Positions 22,006-34,740 of a stretch of DNA of 64,000 bases are shown piece by piece. Location: the NCBI GenBank assembly GCA_025558095.1, contig JAIVFI010000027.1, positions 310,001-374,000 on the forward strand. The letters are read 5' to 3'. A model generated the notes under the pieces. That model ran no database searches. It saw nothing but the letters and a program-made list of their open reading frames with translations, and was not told where the DNA came from. Numbering within the stretch: the first letter of the stretch is position 1; the number at the start of each line of letters is the position of its first letter. The DNA is from Hyaloraphidium curvatum SAG 235-1. Taxonomy: Eukaryota > Fungi > Monoblepharomycota. The translations under genes were made by a program, and so were the position numbers.

Positions 22006-23835
22006 TCACCGTGCGGTGACGATCGCCGCCGCGTACATCAGCGCCAGGCTAATATAAGGGGGCCATACAGCCCGTCTCCGGCCCGTGGAGGCAAGGGACA
22101 ACGAGCACGGTTCCGGCGGTCTGCCCAGCAGCGCATCCCGCGCTGCCGCGCACCAGCTGCCCTCGGCCTGCACCTCCTCCGGCCTGCATTCGTAGCCCAC
22201 CCGTTCCGAGGCATCCGGTGGCGTTTCCCCTGGCGCCAGCTCGGAGCACGAGCCCGACCCCGTATACCAGCTGCAGCGCTTCGCATCCGGGCCCAAGCAT
22301 TGCACGGGCCCCGATGAGTTCAGAAAGATCCGCACGGAGTTGCCCTTCTCACGGCAGCTCCGCACGCATGTCCAGGAGCCCTGTGTTCCACCCTGGGCGG
22401 CCGCGATCCAGTCCGCCTGCCAGACCGGCGTCGGAGAGGGCGCCGGCACGGGCTGCACCACCTCAGCCGGGTTGTTCGGAGGCCATGGGTTGCTTATGTT
22501 GGCCAGCATGAACGTCCTCCAGGGAGCCCGCGGGCCCGCCGATGCCGCGACGTTCATCCCGCATGTCGCCAGGGCTTCATCGAATCGGATGCAAGTGGTG
22601 GGCCCTCCCTGGGATGGATCCGGGTCGACGAGACAGGAAACGGAGCCGTCGGATGCGTTGCGGTGGACCGCACCGTAGTCGTTGTATGGGAATTTGAAGT
22701 AAAACCATGGCGATGCTCCCGGATCGGGCACCCCGGCGGCGTTGAAGGCATTTCGAACGGTGCAGTTGTCCCCGAGCATTGATGCATGCCCCAGGGCGGG
22801 CTTGATGTGACTAGGGTTGCTGTCGAGGAAGGCCACAGCCGCCGTGCATCGCCGCAATGCGCCGGCATAGGATGGCTGTCCACGGAGCCCATCTAAGTAA
22901 TGAGCACACGGCAGGTAGGGGACGACCGCATCCCTTCTCTTGATCTCCTCAGAGTAAGCGCGCGTCCCACTCCATATCATGTGCAAGCAGCACTCCCGCG
23001 TCATCACCGCGCAGCTGTGTTCATCGAGGGAAACGCAGGCCGCGTCGCCGAGGCCCGTCCTTTTGACGGCAATCTGCGCGCCGCGAAGGCCGATGGGATC
23101 GTCGATGCAGTGGAAGTTCCCGCCAAGGTTATCTATGTGTCCCGGCGGCTCGCGTAGGTACTTGTAGATGGCAGCAGAGACACACCCGAAGGCCGCGTCG
23201 CCTACACCCAGTTGCGGCACGTCGATCCGGGCCAGCGCGGTTGAATTGGGCGGGGCCAGCACAAAGCCGGGCAGCTCCCGCGCGTAATCGATGGGGCACG
23301 GGGCCATGAAACGGTACCCCGTATTGTGCGCCGTGCCCGTAGTCAGCGGCCTCCCGAGCACCTCCTCGACCGCCCGGAGGTAGCACTCGCCGCCGATGAG
23401 GCGGTACTCGATGTAACCGACGGTGCGGTTCGGCCCGGCCGCGCCGTTGTCCGCGTCCGGCGGGCAGGTTGTCTGAATTAGCGTCGTTTGCGGGTTCGGA
23501 TTGTAGGGGTTGCCGTTGAGCATTGCGCTGTCCGTGCCCGGCGGGTTGCACCGGCCGGGACAGTACGTCCAGCGCTCAAGATAGCTTCCGTACGCGTTGT
23601 CGCCGGACAGCATGCGGCAGGAAGGCGCACCGGTTGCGGGATCGGGAACGTCGACCGATTCCCAGTACCGGGTCGAGGAGCTGCGGGCCGCCGTGCGTGT
23701 GGCACTTGCGGCGGGTGCCAGCGCGAAGGCGAAGCCGAGAAAGAGGAGGGCGGCGGCCGCCCGTCGGCCATCGTGGTCCGGCGCGCCGCGGGCAGAGTTG
23801 CCGTGTTTCGCGAGTTGATATCGAGGTCTCTTCAT
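22006..23835 (-). CDS. Cysteine-rich secreted/surface protein with three short Cys repeat modules, intronless
   Basis: Signal-like hydrophobic stretch. Modules FHCI..IAVKRTGLGDAACVSLDEHSC, AVHRNASDGSVSCL..C and WTCV..IFLNSSGPVQCLGPDAKRCSWY. Hydrophobic C-terminus (GPI/TM-like). Confidence 0.65.
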   Translation of the reverse strand: MKRPRYQLAKHGNSARGAPDHDGRRAAAALLFLGFAFALAPAASATRTAARSSSTRYWESVDVPDPATGAPSCRMLSGDNAYGSYLERWTYCPGRCNPPGTDSAMLNGNPYNPNPQTTLIQTTCPPDADNGAAGPNRTVGYIEYRLIGGECYLRAVEEVLGRPLTTGTAHNTGYRFMAPCPIDYARELPGFVLAPPNSTALARIDVPQLGVGDAAFGCVSAAIYKYLREPPGHIDNLGGNFHCIDDPIGLRGAQIAVKRTGLGDAACVSLDEHSCAVMTRECCLHMIWSGTRAYSEEIKRRDAVVPYLPCAHYLDGLRGQPSYAGALRRCTAAVAFLDSNPSHIKPALGHASMLGDNCTVRNAFNAAGVPDPGASPWFYFKFPYNDYGAVHRNASDGSVSCLVDPDPSQGGPTTCIRFDEALATCGMNVAASAGPRAPWRTFMLANISNPWPPNNPAEVVQPVPAPSPTPVWQADWIAAAQGGTQGSWTCVRSCREKGNSVRIFLNSSGPVQCLGPDAKRCSWYTGSGSCSELAPGETPPDASERVGYECRPEEVQAEGSWCAAARDALLGRPPEPCSLSLASTGRRRAVWPPYISLALMYAAAIVTAR

Positions 23836-24268
23836 GGCTGCATGGTGTTTGGGTTGCGGATGACTCGAAGTCTTGGGTTAGTGTGGCGAAGCCGGACGCA
23901 AGAATGGTCTGAGCCTCGGACATCCTCGCCAACTTGAAGGGCCCGTCCACAGGGATTCAAATGCATTGCGCATTGCTTTGGAAGCTGCGAGACATTTTCT
24001 TGCCCGGGATGCTCGGTCAGGCAATGTGGACTGCAACGAGAATGCCCGTCCGCGCCGTCGTGGGAAAGTCACCCACAAAAGGACGGGTTGGTCGACATCA
24101 AAAGACAATCCAACACGGCTTGTTGCCTTCAGCTCGGTTTGTTTAGATTTCGTCTGGCTGGGGCACGAAGGACGCGAGCGATGGCCGCGTGATGAAAGCT
24201 AGACGCGTTCTTCAACACTTCATTTCGATACCACTTAATACCCCGTGCCGACCACGGCGTTCCCCGCC

Positions 24269-26494
24269 ATGCTCGCCGGCAGCCCCATAGTGACGGAGGC
24301 CGACCTCGAGCGCGAGTTCCGAGCGGCGCTGCCGCCCGGCATGGTCGAGGCCGCGGCGTCGCTGTGCCGCGCGTACGGGCTCACCGCCGACGCGCTCTTC
24401 GCCAAGTGGGAGGCGTACGCAATGGAGCGCAACCAGAAGAGCGGCGAGGACATGTCGGAGCTCACGTCGCGGCACCTCGACGACCTGCGCCGCGCGCTGC
24501 AGAAGGTGGGCCGCCGGGACGCGAGTCCCGTCTGCACGGATTTAACCAGTCCTTGGTGGATCAGGACGCCGAGGCGCGGCTGTCGTCGTCGTTCGGCCTC
24601 GAGGGCTCGTTTGTGCAGCGCCGCGCCGTCGCCGACCCGCCCCCCGCGACCGCCGACTCGCTCGCCGACCTGTTCGGCGACCCGCAGACGCCGCGCCCCG
24701 CCGCGCGCCGCGCAAAGATCACGCCCATCAACGCGCAGCGCTCTCAGCCGCCGCAGCCCACGCAGCCCGGCCCCGTGTTCGCCACGCCGAGCAGGCCGGC
24801 CTCGGCGTACCCGCCCTCTTCGGCCGGCCGCACCGGCCCGTCGCCCGGCCAGTACGGCGCCTTCTCAACTCACACCGGCGCCTCGCCCTCGGCACGCGCC
24901 GCAGGCCCGCCGCCGACCTTCGTCGCGCCCTCGCAGTCGCCCGCAGAGGCCGCACGCAGCTTCGCGGACCGCAGGGACCGCGGCAAGGTCGAGGAGGTGT
25001 ACAACAGCCACGTGCCCTTCGAGCCCTCGGCAGACAACCCGCCCGGCTGCCGCCCCGACCCGCAGGTCTTCCTCAACGCCGACCCGCCGCAGCCGGCGCA
25101 CGGCTTCCGCTACATGTTCGAGAAGCTAACGGCGCACGGCGAGCACCTGGACGACCAGATCGACCGCTTCTGCGAGCACTTCCTCGCGCTCAACCCGCAC
25201 ATCGAGGAGCTCGCGCACCCCGGCCTGCCGCACCAGGACCCCGTCACCACCGCCGGCCGCATCTGCAAGGACGCCGCGGACCCGACCAGCCCCGCGCTGT
25301 TCCTTGAGCCCTCGCGCCGCATCGGCAACGGCGTCCGCATCCCGCTCGACCTGTCTCCGCTGCTGGGCATCTCCGGGCCCGGGTTCTCGCTGTTCCCGGG
25401 CCAGCTCGTCGCCGTGACGGGGACCAACCCCACGGGCGGCCTGCTGACCGTCACGGAGATCCACAAGGCGCCGCCGCCCCCCGCCGCCGCGACCCCGCTG
25501 TCGCGGCTGCGGGCCATGTACCCGGACGACTCGCGCCCGCTGAACCTGGCCGTGGCCGCGGGCCCGTACGCGCTCGAGGGGTCGCTGGCCTACGAGCCGC
25601 TGGAAGAGCTGGTGGCGGCGCTGTCGAGGGAGCAGCCCGACGTGGTGCTCCTGCTTGGGCCGTTCGTGGACGCTCAGCACCCGATGGTCAAGAACGGGGA
25701 GCTGGACGTGTCGCTGGAGGACCTGTTCCGCACGCAGGTGGGTTGCATCCACACGATCATGCAGGGTTGCGTATCAATCTGACCCGGGCTTCCCGGCTGC
25801 ACTTTTCCAGATCTCGCGCCGCCTCACGTCGCTCCTCTCGGCCTCCCCGCGCACCCGCATCATCCTGCTCCCCTCCCTCTCCGACGCCCTCTCTCCCTAC
25901 CTCTGCCTCCCCCAGCCCCCCCTCCCCGCGGGCCTCGCCGACGGCGAAACCGCCCTCCGCGCGCGCGAGCTCGGCCTCTCGGACCCGCGCCTCCTCCTCT
26001 TGCCCAACCCCGCGCAGTTCACCCTCAACGAGCTCGCGGTGGCCGCCATGTCCGTCGACGCCCTGGTCCCCCTCGGCTCCGAGGAGGTGCACCGCGACCC
26101 GCCCGCCGGGAACGGCGGCGCACCCCCTGGCAACAGGATGGCCCGGCTCGCGGGGCACATCGTCGCGTCGGGGTCGCTGTACCCGCTGTTCCCTCCCGCG
26201 CCGTCGGACCCCGTGCTCCCCTCGCACCTGCACGGGCTCGCGCTGCCCGTGCGCCCCGACGTGCTCGTTGTCCCGAGCCAGCTGCGCCACTTTGCCCGCG
26301 AGGCAGGCGGATGCGTCGCGGTGAACCCCGGCAGGCTGAGCAAGGGCCGCGCGGGGGGCACGTGGGCGCGGGTGTGCGTGTGGCCGCTGAGGGTCGGGGA
26401 TGCGCCGGTCAAGGAGGAGGGGAAGGAGGAGGACGACGAGGCGGTGGAGAACGGGGTGGCGGGGAGGTGCAGGGTGGAGATCGTGAGGATCTAG
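24269..26494 (+). CDS. POL12: DNA polymerase alpha subunit B
   Basis: LFAKWEAY, FRYMFEKL, FSLFPGQLVAVTGTNPTG, PDVVLLLGPFVD, LPNPAQFTLNE, PDVLVVPS, VNPGRL. Introns ~24506-24564 and ~25738-25810. Confidence 0.95.
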
Positions 26495-26659
26495 AGATAC
26501 CGGATACCGGGGGCATACGCGAGTACCCTGTACAAAAGCATAGCTGTACGTCTAATCTAGCCGGAAGCAAGGATCCTTGACCCGAGCAATGCAGTCCGAC
26601 GCACCGAGCCGCGGGAACCCGTGCCGCCGCCCATAACTTACCACTGCTCCCGCGCCGGA

Positions 26660-27584
26660 TCACCTCCCCAGCAGCGCGGTCTCGTAGTCCCTCCCCTCCC
26701 TCAGCCCCATCCACAGGAAGATCCCCCCGAACAGGTGCCACGCCGGATGCCACCTCCCCCAGCCCTTCCTGTCCGCCACGAAGCACACCGCGCCCACCGC
26801 GCCCGCCACCGCGGGCCTCCACGATCCCACGCGGACGCACGCGGCGAGGTAGAACGGGAGCGCGAGGGCGGTCAGCTGCACCGCGAGCGAGTGCGTGGAG
26901 CGCCAGGAGCGGAGGTAGGCCTGGGCGACGAGGAGGGAGGCGGCGAGGGGGACGAGGGGGTGCGAGAGGAGGGGGCGGAAGGGGGACGGGGGGAGGGAGA
27001 GGAGGTATATCGTTTTCTGGTCGGGTGCGGAGTTGGTTTGCTCGAGCAATGAGGGGAGGCCGGGAGGGGAACCCACCACGTAAAGCATCAGGCTGGCCAT
27101 GCAGACGTCCAGCGTCGACCAGAGGCGCCACAGGGTGGCGTGATAAAGCGCCGAAACGGTACCGGTGGCGACCGAGAGGGCCACGGCGAGGTGCAGCGAC
27201 GGGTTGAGCCCGCGGTGGCCCTCGAGGTAGAGCAGCACGGGCAGGGCAAAGAGCGGGGAGGTGACGGTGCAGTAGAATTCGGCGATGCGGGGGTGCACGG
27301 CGTATTTGGACTCGGAGGTTGTGACGGCGGCGGGGTGGAAGAGGGGGTGGCCTGCCTGCGCGGACTTGGGGTCGCGTGCCTGCTCGGCCGGGTCTGCAGC
27401 CCCAGAGTGCCCGCCATCGCAGTCCTTGGATGCTGGGACGGCGTCGGCTACCAGCTTCTGCGCCGGCTGGGCGTCCTGCGCGCAGCACGACGAGTTGCCG
27501 GGGGCCGCCACCGCGTCGAGGAACTCCTGCTCAGTTCGGTCAGCCAACTCCCACTACCGGCCACCGCGCAACGCATCCCACCAT
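26660..27584 (-). CDS. Alkaline ceramidase-like (CREST superfamily) membrane hydrolase
   Basis: YAVHPRIAEFYCTVTS, SALYHATL...LD, WHPAWHLF. The ATG at 27584 is followed by an intron. Confidence 0.75.
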
Positions 27585-28231
27585 TGCGAACGAGAAGGAT
27601 CGCGACAGCGAGCGCGCGAACCCCCGCGTGCCGTCCAGCGGCCTCCTCGCGGGCAGCGCGGGGGCGACCCGCGCGTCGTCGGCGGCCGTGGCCAGCCCGA
27701 GGTCGGCCAGCCCGAGGCCGGCCAGCAGGCTGCCGTTCTCTGCCCACGCGGGGCTGTCCTCTCGACGGGTGCCGCCGTCCCCGCCGTCCCCCGCGGAGCT
27801 GCCCGCGCGGCCGCTCCCCGCGCTGCGCGGCCGCGCCGCCGCCGCCCTGCCGCCGTCGGGCAGCCGCGCAGAGCCCGGCCGCGGCACCGCGCCGTCCTCC
27901 GTCGCCGCCATCTCGCGCGCGCCCATCGCGGACGCGGCTGCCCCGGGGGGCGAAGAGGCTGACGGCGGCGGCTCAAGGGAAATCGGATGATGCGCGGGCC
28001 CGCCCACGTGCTCGCCCCCGCTGACGCCTCGCGCAGAGGAGACCAGGGCGGATGGAATTGGTCTTGGACATTCGGATGCGGTCGGAGGCTGCCGGGGAGG
28101 ATGCGGGGGACTCGGCCGCGGGAGACGGACTGCCGGCGCACAGTCATCGCCTCGTCGAAGACAAAAGGCGACCCACGACACCGGCCGGCCCGCGCACCGC
28201 ACCCGCACCCGCACCCGCCCACCAACCAGCG

Positions 28232-29850
28232 ATGGACACGCAGACCAACGGCAGCAACGGCGCCGCCGCCGCGCCCTACGGCAAGCCCGGCGGGGGCGAA
28301 GGCCCCGGCCTGTTCCACCGCGTCGCGATGACCTTCACCGTGCCGGCGCTGTTCGTCTGGGACCAGACCGCGTTCGCGCTCGACTTTCTGTTCGCGTCGT
28401 GGCTGTGGCTGCTCGGCGGGCAGGTCAGGTGGGGAGCCATTCGCCGATGGGGCACCTGCCTCGCCCATCGTCCCGTTCTTTCGGGCTGACGGTCCACCCC
28501 ACAGGTTCGGCGTCGACCTCCCCACGCCCACCAACCACCCCATCGTCGTCGCCACCGGCACCTCCACCGGTTCGCCCGCTCCTGCCCCGCGCGCCCGACG
28601 CCGGATCGCTGACTCACCCTTCGTTCTCCTTCGTTCCCCTGTTTGCCCACCACCGCTTCCCCCCATTCGCAGGCATCGGCTACCACTGCGCCCTCTCCCT
28701 CGCCTCGGCCGGCTACCTCGTCTTTGCCGGCGTCCGCAAGCCCTCCGACGGCGAACGCCTCCTCTCCGCGTGGCGCTCCCGCCGGGCGGCCCTCGAAGCG
28801 CGCCGCGCCAACCTCTTCTTCCGCGCGTGGGACTGGCTCGCGGGCAGCGAGGCCGCCGGCTACGTGGAGGGCGGCGAGGTGCGGTGGATCATCGTGGACG
28901 TGGCGCGGACCGAGACGGTCGCGCGGGCGGCGGAGGAGGTGGCGAAACAGGTCCGGGATGCGGGGCAGGCGGGGGTGTACGGGGTGTTTGCCAATGCTGG
29001 TGGGTTGTGCGCTCCCCGGCGGGGCAACGTACGGCGGCGGTGCTGATGCGCGCGCAGGGATCAACGCCGGATGCGCGTTCGAGCTCGAGACGCTGGACGA
29101 GGAGCGCAAGACCCTGGACGTCAACGTCTTTGGCGCCCTCGAGACATGCCGCGCCTTCCTGCCTCTCCTGCGCCGCAACGGCAAGGGCAGGATCGTGGTG
29201 ACGGGCTCGCTCGCCGGGATCGCGACCGCCCCGATGGCCGCCGCATGTAGGTCTCCGGTTCCCCGACCGCCCCGGAGCTGACGCGCCCCCCCTTCCCTTC
29301 CAGACACCGCCTCCAAGCACGCCCTCTACGCCGCCGCCGACGCTATGCGCATGGAGCTCGCCCCGCTGGGCATCGCCGTGAGCAACATGGAGCCCGGCGA
29401 GATCGAGACCGAGATCTGGGGCAAGCAGCTCGGCCTGGTGGACCACATGACGTCGCACCCGCTCCGCAGGATCTGTGGGTCCCTTCGTGTCGCCCGTGCC
29501 CGGCAGGATGCGGCTGACGCCCCCGTGCCGGCGCAGACGAGGGCCACATCCGCTCCTTCGCCGCCGGCCTCAAGCTCGTCTCGGCCTTCCCGGGCACCCC
29601 GCCGTCGTACTGCGCCGTCTCGCTGCTGCACACGCTGGCGTCGCCGTTCCCGCTGCCGCGGTACCCCGTCGGGTTCGGTGGGTCCCTCTTTGCTCGCGAT
29701 CGGCCGGTCGCAGGGGCTGACGCCCCGCGGGCAGACTCGTGGTTCGGGAGGTTCGTCAAGTGGTTCACGCCCGACAGGCTGTGGGACGCGTGGATGGTGG
29801 CGGGGATGAGGGGCGGGATGGCGCTGCCCGAGACGGTGCTGCAGAAGTGA
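28232..29850 (+). CDS. Short-chain dehydrogenase/reductase, paralog 1
   Basis: ATGTSTGIG, VFANAG, DVNVFG, GRIVVTGS, YTASKHA, ELAPLGIAVSNMEPG. Multiple introns. Confidence 0.9.
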
Positions 29851-30079
29851 GCCGCCGGCGGTTGCGGAGGGGATGGGCGATGGGAGGGGATAGATCTTTG
29901 GGTTCTTGAGCGCGCTGGACCGGGAAAAGCTAGTAGATGCATGGGAGCTTCGTCGCGTGCTCGCAGCGCTCTTCGCACCCCGGTCCCCTACCGCGCATTG
30001 GCCGAGCCGGTCCGATCTTTTGATGAAGCCAGACCTCCGATCGGCCGCTCTCCAGCCTTTCCCGAGCACTGGAGGGGCA

Positions 30080-30119
30080 TTGGAAGGCACTGCTATTCTG
30101 ACCTTTATACCACTGACGA
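30080..30119 (-). pseudogene. tRNA-Gly 5'-half fragment
   Basis: Reverse complement tcgtcagtggtataaaggtcagaatagcagtgccttccaa matches the 5' half of the tRNA at 47154. Confidence 0.8.
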
Positions 30120-30236
30120 GTACCACTCTGCTTAGGCGGAGATGGCAGCTTTGGCGGATGCGGTCCGCCGAGGCGGGCAAAAGCCAAGGGGCTGCCACGT
30201 TCCGCCGCAGGAGGCCATTCCCGCAGGCTCGCTCCG

Positions 30237-30276
30237 GGAAGGCACAGTACTATTCTGACCTTTATACCACCGACGA
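30237..30276 (-). pseudogene. Second tRNA-Gly 5'-half fragment
   Basis: Reverse complement tcgtcggtggtataaaggtcagaatagtactgtgccttcc. Confidence 0.75.
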
Positions 30277-30905
30277 CCCCAAGGATCGCCGTATTCGGGA
30301 TCGTGGGCTACTTGGGGCGTGCGGGACGCCGGTGCAGGCCTGCTCGAATGGGCTGGGATGGGAGGCGGATGCAGGGCGACCGTCCGTCATTGTCCGCCTC
30401 GGACTCCCACAGACAGCGACTGCGCAGAGAGCTTGTGCGAGGGCGCTGGACAAGTCCGTGCGGTGGTGGGTTGATGGACGTGCCGCCCGACAGTCCGCCG
30501 TGGGGGAGACACCACCCACAAGAGCCTCCAGCACCCGAGTTCGATGGACGTTCCAAACAGCCTGCGGAGATAACTTTCACGCATCTCGAAGCCGTGATGC
30601 AACGGCGTGACGCACCGCCGAGGTGCAGATCGGCCCCTGCCTGCCCCAGAGTGCTTCTCCACCGAGCCGGGCACCGTGCACTGTAAGATGCGATCTCCCG
30701 CCCGGATGCGCATCGCAATGCATTATTTAGGGGCCGATGCTGCTGCTGGGTGGTTGCCGGGAGCAGGATGCAGCGTTGGGAGGCGGGGCGCCTCACTTTG
30801 AGACCGACCGGCTGTAGGCCGCAGGACGAGGCACACGGAGGCTGGGACCCCAAATCCGTAACCTAATGCGCTGGATGGCACTGGCGGGTCGCGGCAGCGC
30901 GGGAA
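30277..30905. repeat. ~630 bp segment duplicated in inverted orientation at ~46500-47153
   Basis: Near-identical blocks, e.g. caggcctgctcgaatgggctgggatgggaggcggatgcagggcgaccgtccgtcattgtcc. Confidence 0.9.
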
Positions 30906-31169
30906 AGAGCGCGTTGCAGGACGACACCATGCTGTGCTCTGACCTCGGAGGACGACGCCTGCGGCCATCGGCGGGCCGCCCTCTTGGTGCCGCAACGTCG
31001 TTCTGCAAGGGCGCGCAGCTGGTGACTGGGACGCGTCGTCAACCTCGTTGGCGGGGTCAGATCCGGCGGCAAAGATGCCTACCTGTCGTGACTTGACCGC
31101 CTGCACCGGGGTCTTGGAGCCATCGGTGCGGGACGCGGCGGGCGGTCGCCGCCGAAAGGGGGCATTCCG

Positions 31170-31392
31170 TCGGCCACGTTCCCTGCTCGGGTCGGTCAGA
31201 TTCTCTGCGCTCGCCTTGGCCATCGGTCTTTGAGGGCGCTCACCGCCGTCAAGGGCGTCTCGGAGGGCGACGGCATCGCCCCGACGCGGCTGGATCACGA
31301 GGGACGGCCGTTGCGGGGGACGGCGCGCCCTCGGCTGCCTCCGGCGACGGCGCCGGCCCGGACTGCCGCGGATTGAACTCCATTTCGAGCTC
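31170..31392 (-). repeat. Inverted partial copy of repeat R (33143-33360)
   Basis: Reverse complement of gagctcgaaatggagttc.atccgcggcagtccgggccggcgccgtcg...atggccaaggcgag.gc.gagaatctgaccgacccgagcagg. Confidence 0.85.
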
Positions 31393-31551
31393 AGAGAATT
31401 CCGGCGATGGCTGGTGCGCCCCGGTGGATAGTGCCGGGAGGAGGTGGTGGACGCTTTCACTCGTCGGCATTTCAAGAGCAGGGACCACAGTCCGGTGCCG
31501 TCCAAACACCACTTCGACTCGTTCCCCACACACCAATTACACCGATTTTGC

Positions 31552-32150
31552 CTAGAAAATCTGCCCAGACGCGCGCAATAGAGCCGCCTCCATGGCACTG
31601 GGGCTGGGGTTTCGCCCCGCTTGGATTTCCGCCCACGCATCGGCGTTCATTGCCAAAGCCAGCGCGACCTCCGCGTCGAACTCCTCGTCCAGCGCTTCCT
31701 GGACCCTCACAGCCAACTCGTCGTTGTCATCTTCATCGTCCTCATCCGGGATGGGTTGGACAGGGTCCCCAGAGTCGTCGTTGTCGCTCTCAAGCTCGTT
31801 GTCCACGACCATCTCCGCGGTCCGAAACGAGCGACTTCGAGGCTCCGCCGGCACCGTGGCCTCCTCCTGCTCATCGTCCTCGTCAATGTGAATGACCATA
31901 GTGGCATCCTGGCGTCGGTATTCGTCCTCTTCCTTCCCAGCATGGATGACGAGTTTCTCCCATGCGGCGGCGTCCACCAGCGCGAACCCCTCCTCCAAAA
32001 GGACCTTGACGTTGGCAAACATGCGCGAGTCATTGTTCTCAGCAACATGGTTCTTTGCACGAGCCCATGCCAGCTCGATGGGGTTGAGTTTGGGGTGGTA
32101 TGGGGGAAGGAAGTGGAGGTAGATGTTGAACTCAAGCGCCAGCTTATCAA
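31552..32150 (-). mobile_element. Tc1/IS630-type DDE transposase C-terminal remnant
   Basis: IDKLALEFNIYLHFLPPYHPKLNPIELAWARAKNHVAENN followed by an acidic tail. N-terminus missing. Confidence 0.85.
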
Positions 32151-32615
32151 TGAAGCGTTCCGGCTGGCATCCAATCTCCAGCAGCAGTTACGATCCGCCT
32201 CTTCGACACGATGGATGTTTAGGGGCTCCAGGGCAATCCCAGGTGTATGGTGCGGGGAATCGCGACCAGCGTTACTCGTTTAAGCCTCCGCTGCTCGCGT
32301 CCCAGTCCCTATCTGGCACCTGTGCTGCGGGCCCGTGCCCGGCCCGAGCGTGCTGACAAACACGATCTTGGCATCCGCGAGGATGCGAAAGTCGGATTGG
32401 TAAGCAAGGACGGACGGTTTCGCTGCGAGCCGAAAAATGGTGCCATGAAATCGGGAGCGAGGCCATTTCGCTGACTATATGGTGTTTAGGAAGCATACGC
32501 ACGAAGGCGAAAGGTGAAGGCGGACAATCCCGTGCCCCCTTCTGACCATCGGGGGAGGTGGTGAATGGTGGAGTGACGGAGGAGGCGTCCAGACTGCTGG
32601 CCTATGCATTCCGGT

Positions 32616-32701
32616 TGGCGTTTGGTCTAGTGGTATGATTCTCGCTTAGGGTTTCTTCTCTGGAATGCGAGAGGTCCCGAGTTCAATCCTCGGAACGCCC
32701 C
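32616..32701 (+). tRNA. tRNA-Pro(AGG) with 14-nt intron (32652-32665); position 1 is T opposite C72
   Basis: ggcgtttggtctagtggtatgattctcgcttAGGg[intron]tgcgagaggtcccgagttcaatcctcggaacgcccc; A and B boxes present. Confidence 0.88.
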
Positions 32702-33049
32702 TTAAGCAGTCATTTTGGTGTCCTGTGGTGGAGACGCAGGGTGGGGGAGCGTGGGGCGGGGGCGGCGGGAGGGGGGGGGGGCAGACCACCACCGATCCCC
32801 TTTTGCTACTGGAGCAAAGTGTTTCGTTTATGGACGCAGCTCAAGGTCTACCGGTTTCAGATGGACAGCTTCTGTGATCACCTCGCTCTCCGGTGGGGTG
32901 GGGGAGAAGCTGTCCTCCGCATTCCCGACGGCGCCCTTTTGTAATGCCACGAGGAAGCGTATGCTACAGGAGGCAATGTTGTGCTCGCGTGCGGAACATT
33001 TCGGAGTCTTGTGTCCCGCGGGGTGGTCGTTCAGGGGGCAAGACGGATC

Positions 33050-34740
33050 ACTGTTGCCCCTCGAACGCACCCGCCCCTCCCGCGCTGCACCCGAGCCAGC
33101 CCGCAACCGACTCCGCGACCACCCGAGCCCGCGACCGTCATCTGAGCTCGAAATGGAGTTCGATCCGCGGCAGTCCGGGCCGGCGCCGTCGTCCGAGGCA
33201 CCGGAGGTGGCGCCGTCCCCCGCAACCGCCGTCCCGCGTGATCCTAGCGCGTCGGGACAATGCAGTCGTCCTCCGAGACGCCCTTGACGGCGGTGAGCAC
33301 CCCAAGACACCCATGGCCAAGGCGAGTGCGGAGAATCTGACCGACCCGAGCAGGGAGACCCGCCGACGCGGCGGCGTCCTGGCCGAGCGACTCCCGCTCC
33401 CCACCACGCCTGCAAGTCTCCATCTCGGCTGCCCATCTGAACGAGTAAGTGTTTCGAGGGGCAAGTGGTCGAGATTGGGGCCATTGATTGTCGCCGGCGG
33501 AATCCTCGGCGGGCAGGCGAGCCGGAGCAGCCGCCAGCGACTGCGCGCCATCCGACGCCCGGCGATGGTCGAGGCCCCCAACTGCGACGGATCCGCGGCT
33601 TTGGATCGTCCTGGAACAGAGGGCGCCCGCGGAAGCGGCCTCTGGAGGCCGCACCGAGGCAGACGGCGCGGGGCAAGTCGGCGCTGACTGTGCGCGGCCG
33701 TCGCCCCCTCCGCTCGCCGAGGGGGCCATCTGAACGGCCGACACGCCGCCGGCTGGAAGAAAACCAGGCATGACGGTCGACCAGATGCTCAGACGCGTGC
33801 TGCAGCGGCCGCTGAGGGCAGTCGGGCGGGCCTCGTCGGCAGTTGCACCAACTCGGCCACGCCGAGCTGGGGACGCGCCGGCGATGGAGAATCCACCGCC
33901 CTGCGGCGGAGGGCGCCGGCATTTGCTGTTTCACGGCATGTTTTGCCCGCTCCGCCTGGTTTCGGCGGCGAGTTCTGCGGGCAGCGATCGCGGTCGTTTT
34001 GGGCGCCCATGCGCCGCCCTGCGAACTCCATCTCGGATCGCAACTCGCCCCACGGCGGACACCCCTTCTGCCCCGTACTTTCGCGGCGCAGAACGTCGCG
34101 CGGACGCGTTTCCCGGACCTTTATCCCTTTCCCCGCCCTCGGCGCACGCCTGCGACCGCCCCCGAGCGCCCCAAGCCGGGCGGGGCAGCGCGGGACCGCG
34201 GCACCGGCGGGCACCTTCCTGCGCCGCTGCTGGGCTCGGGACACCGCGCAATCATGTTGGGAGATGGAGATTCGGGCGCCGCCGCGCCCCGGCCCACCAA
34301 GGCCGCGGTGGCAGAGGCGGAGAAGAAGGTCCGGGGGGAGAGGGCAGGCGATGCCTTGGAGGCCGCCAGGGCCGTCGCTGTGGAGCGCGGACTCTCTCGG
34401 GAGGCAGCGGCGGCTGCTGCGGGCACCAGGGAGCTCCGGGAGCTGCTTCGCCGCCTGCCCAAGACGACATACCTCGACGAGTGCGCCGTTCTGGTTGGTA
34501 CAGGCGCTGCCGCCGTTCCAATCCGCTGCCTGACGCTTGGCCCGTGCTTCGCGTACCAGAACGCCCATTCACTTGTCGTTCGCGGCGGCGTCGAGGAAGA
34601 TTGGCAGGGAAGGATATCGAAGGAGCGGGCGAGGGCGATGGCTTTCAACAGGGTTGGCCCAGGATACCGCAGCTGCCGCGATCTCGCCGATCTCACCTCC
34701 GTTGTCAACCGCAGGCTTGCTGGGAGAAGCAGGAGGAGAA
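33050..34740 (+). repeat. Repeat R copy 1 (upstream region plus first exons of the Cys-rich gene)
   Basis: Direct repeat of ~42450-44110, highly similar over the coding part. Confidence 0.9.
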
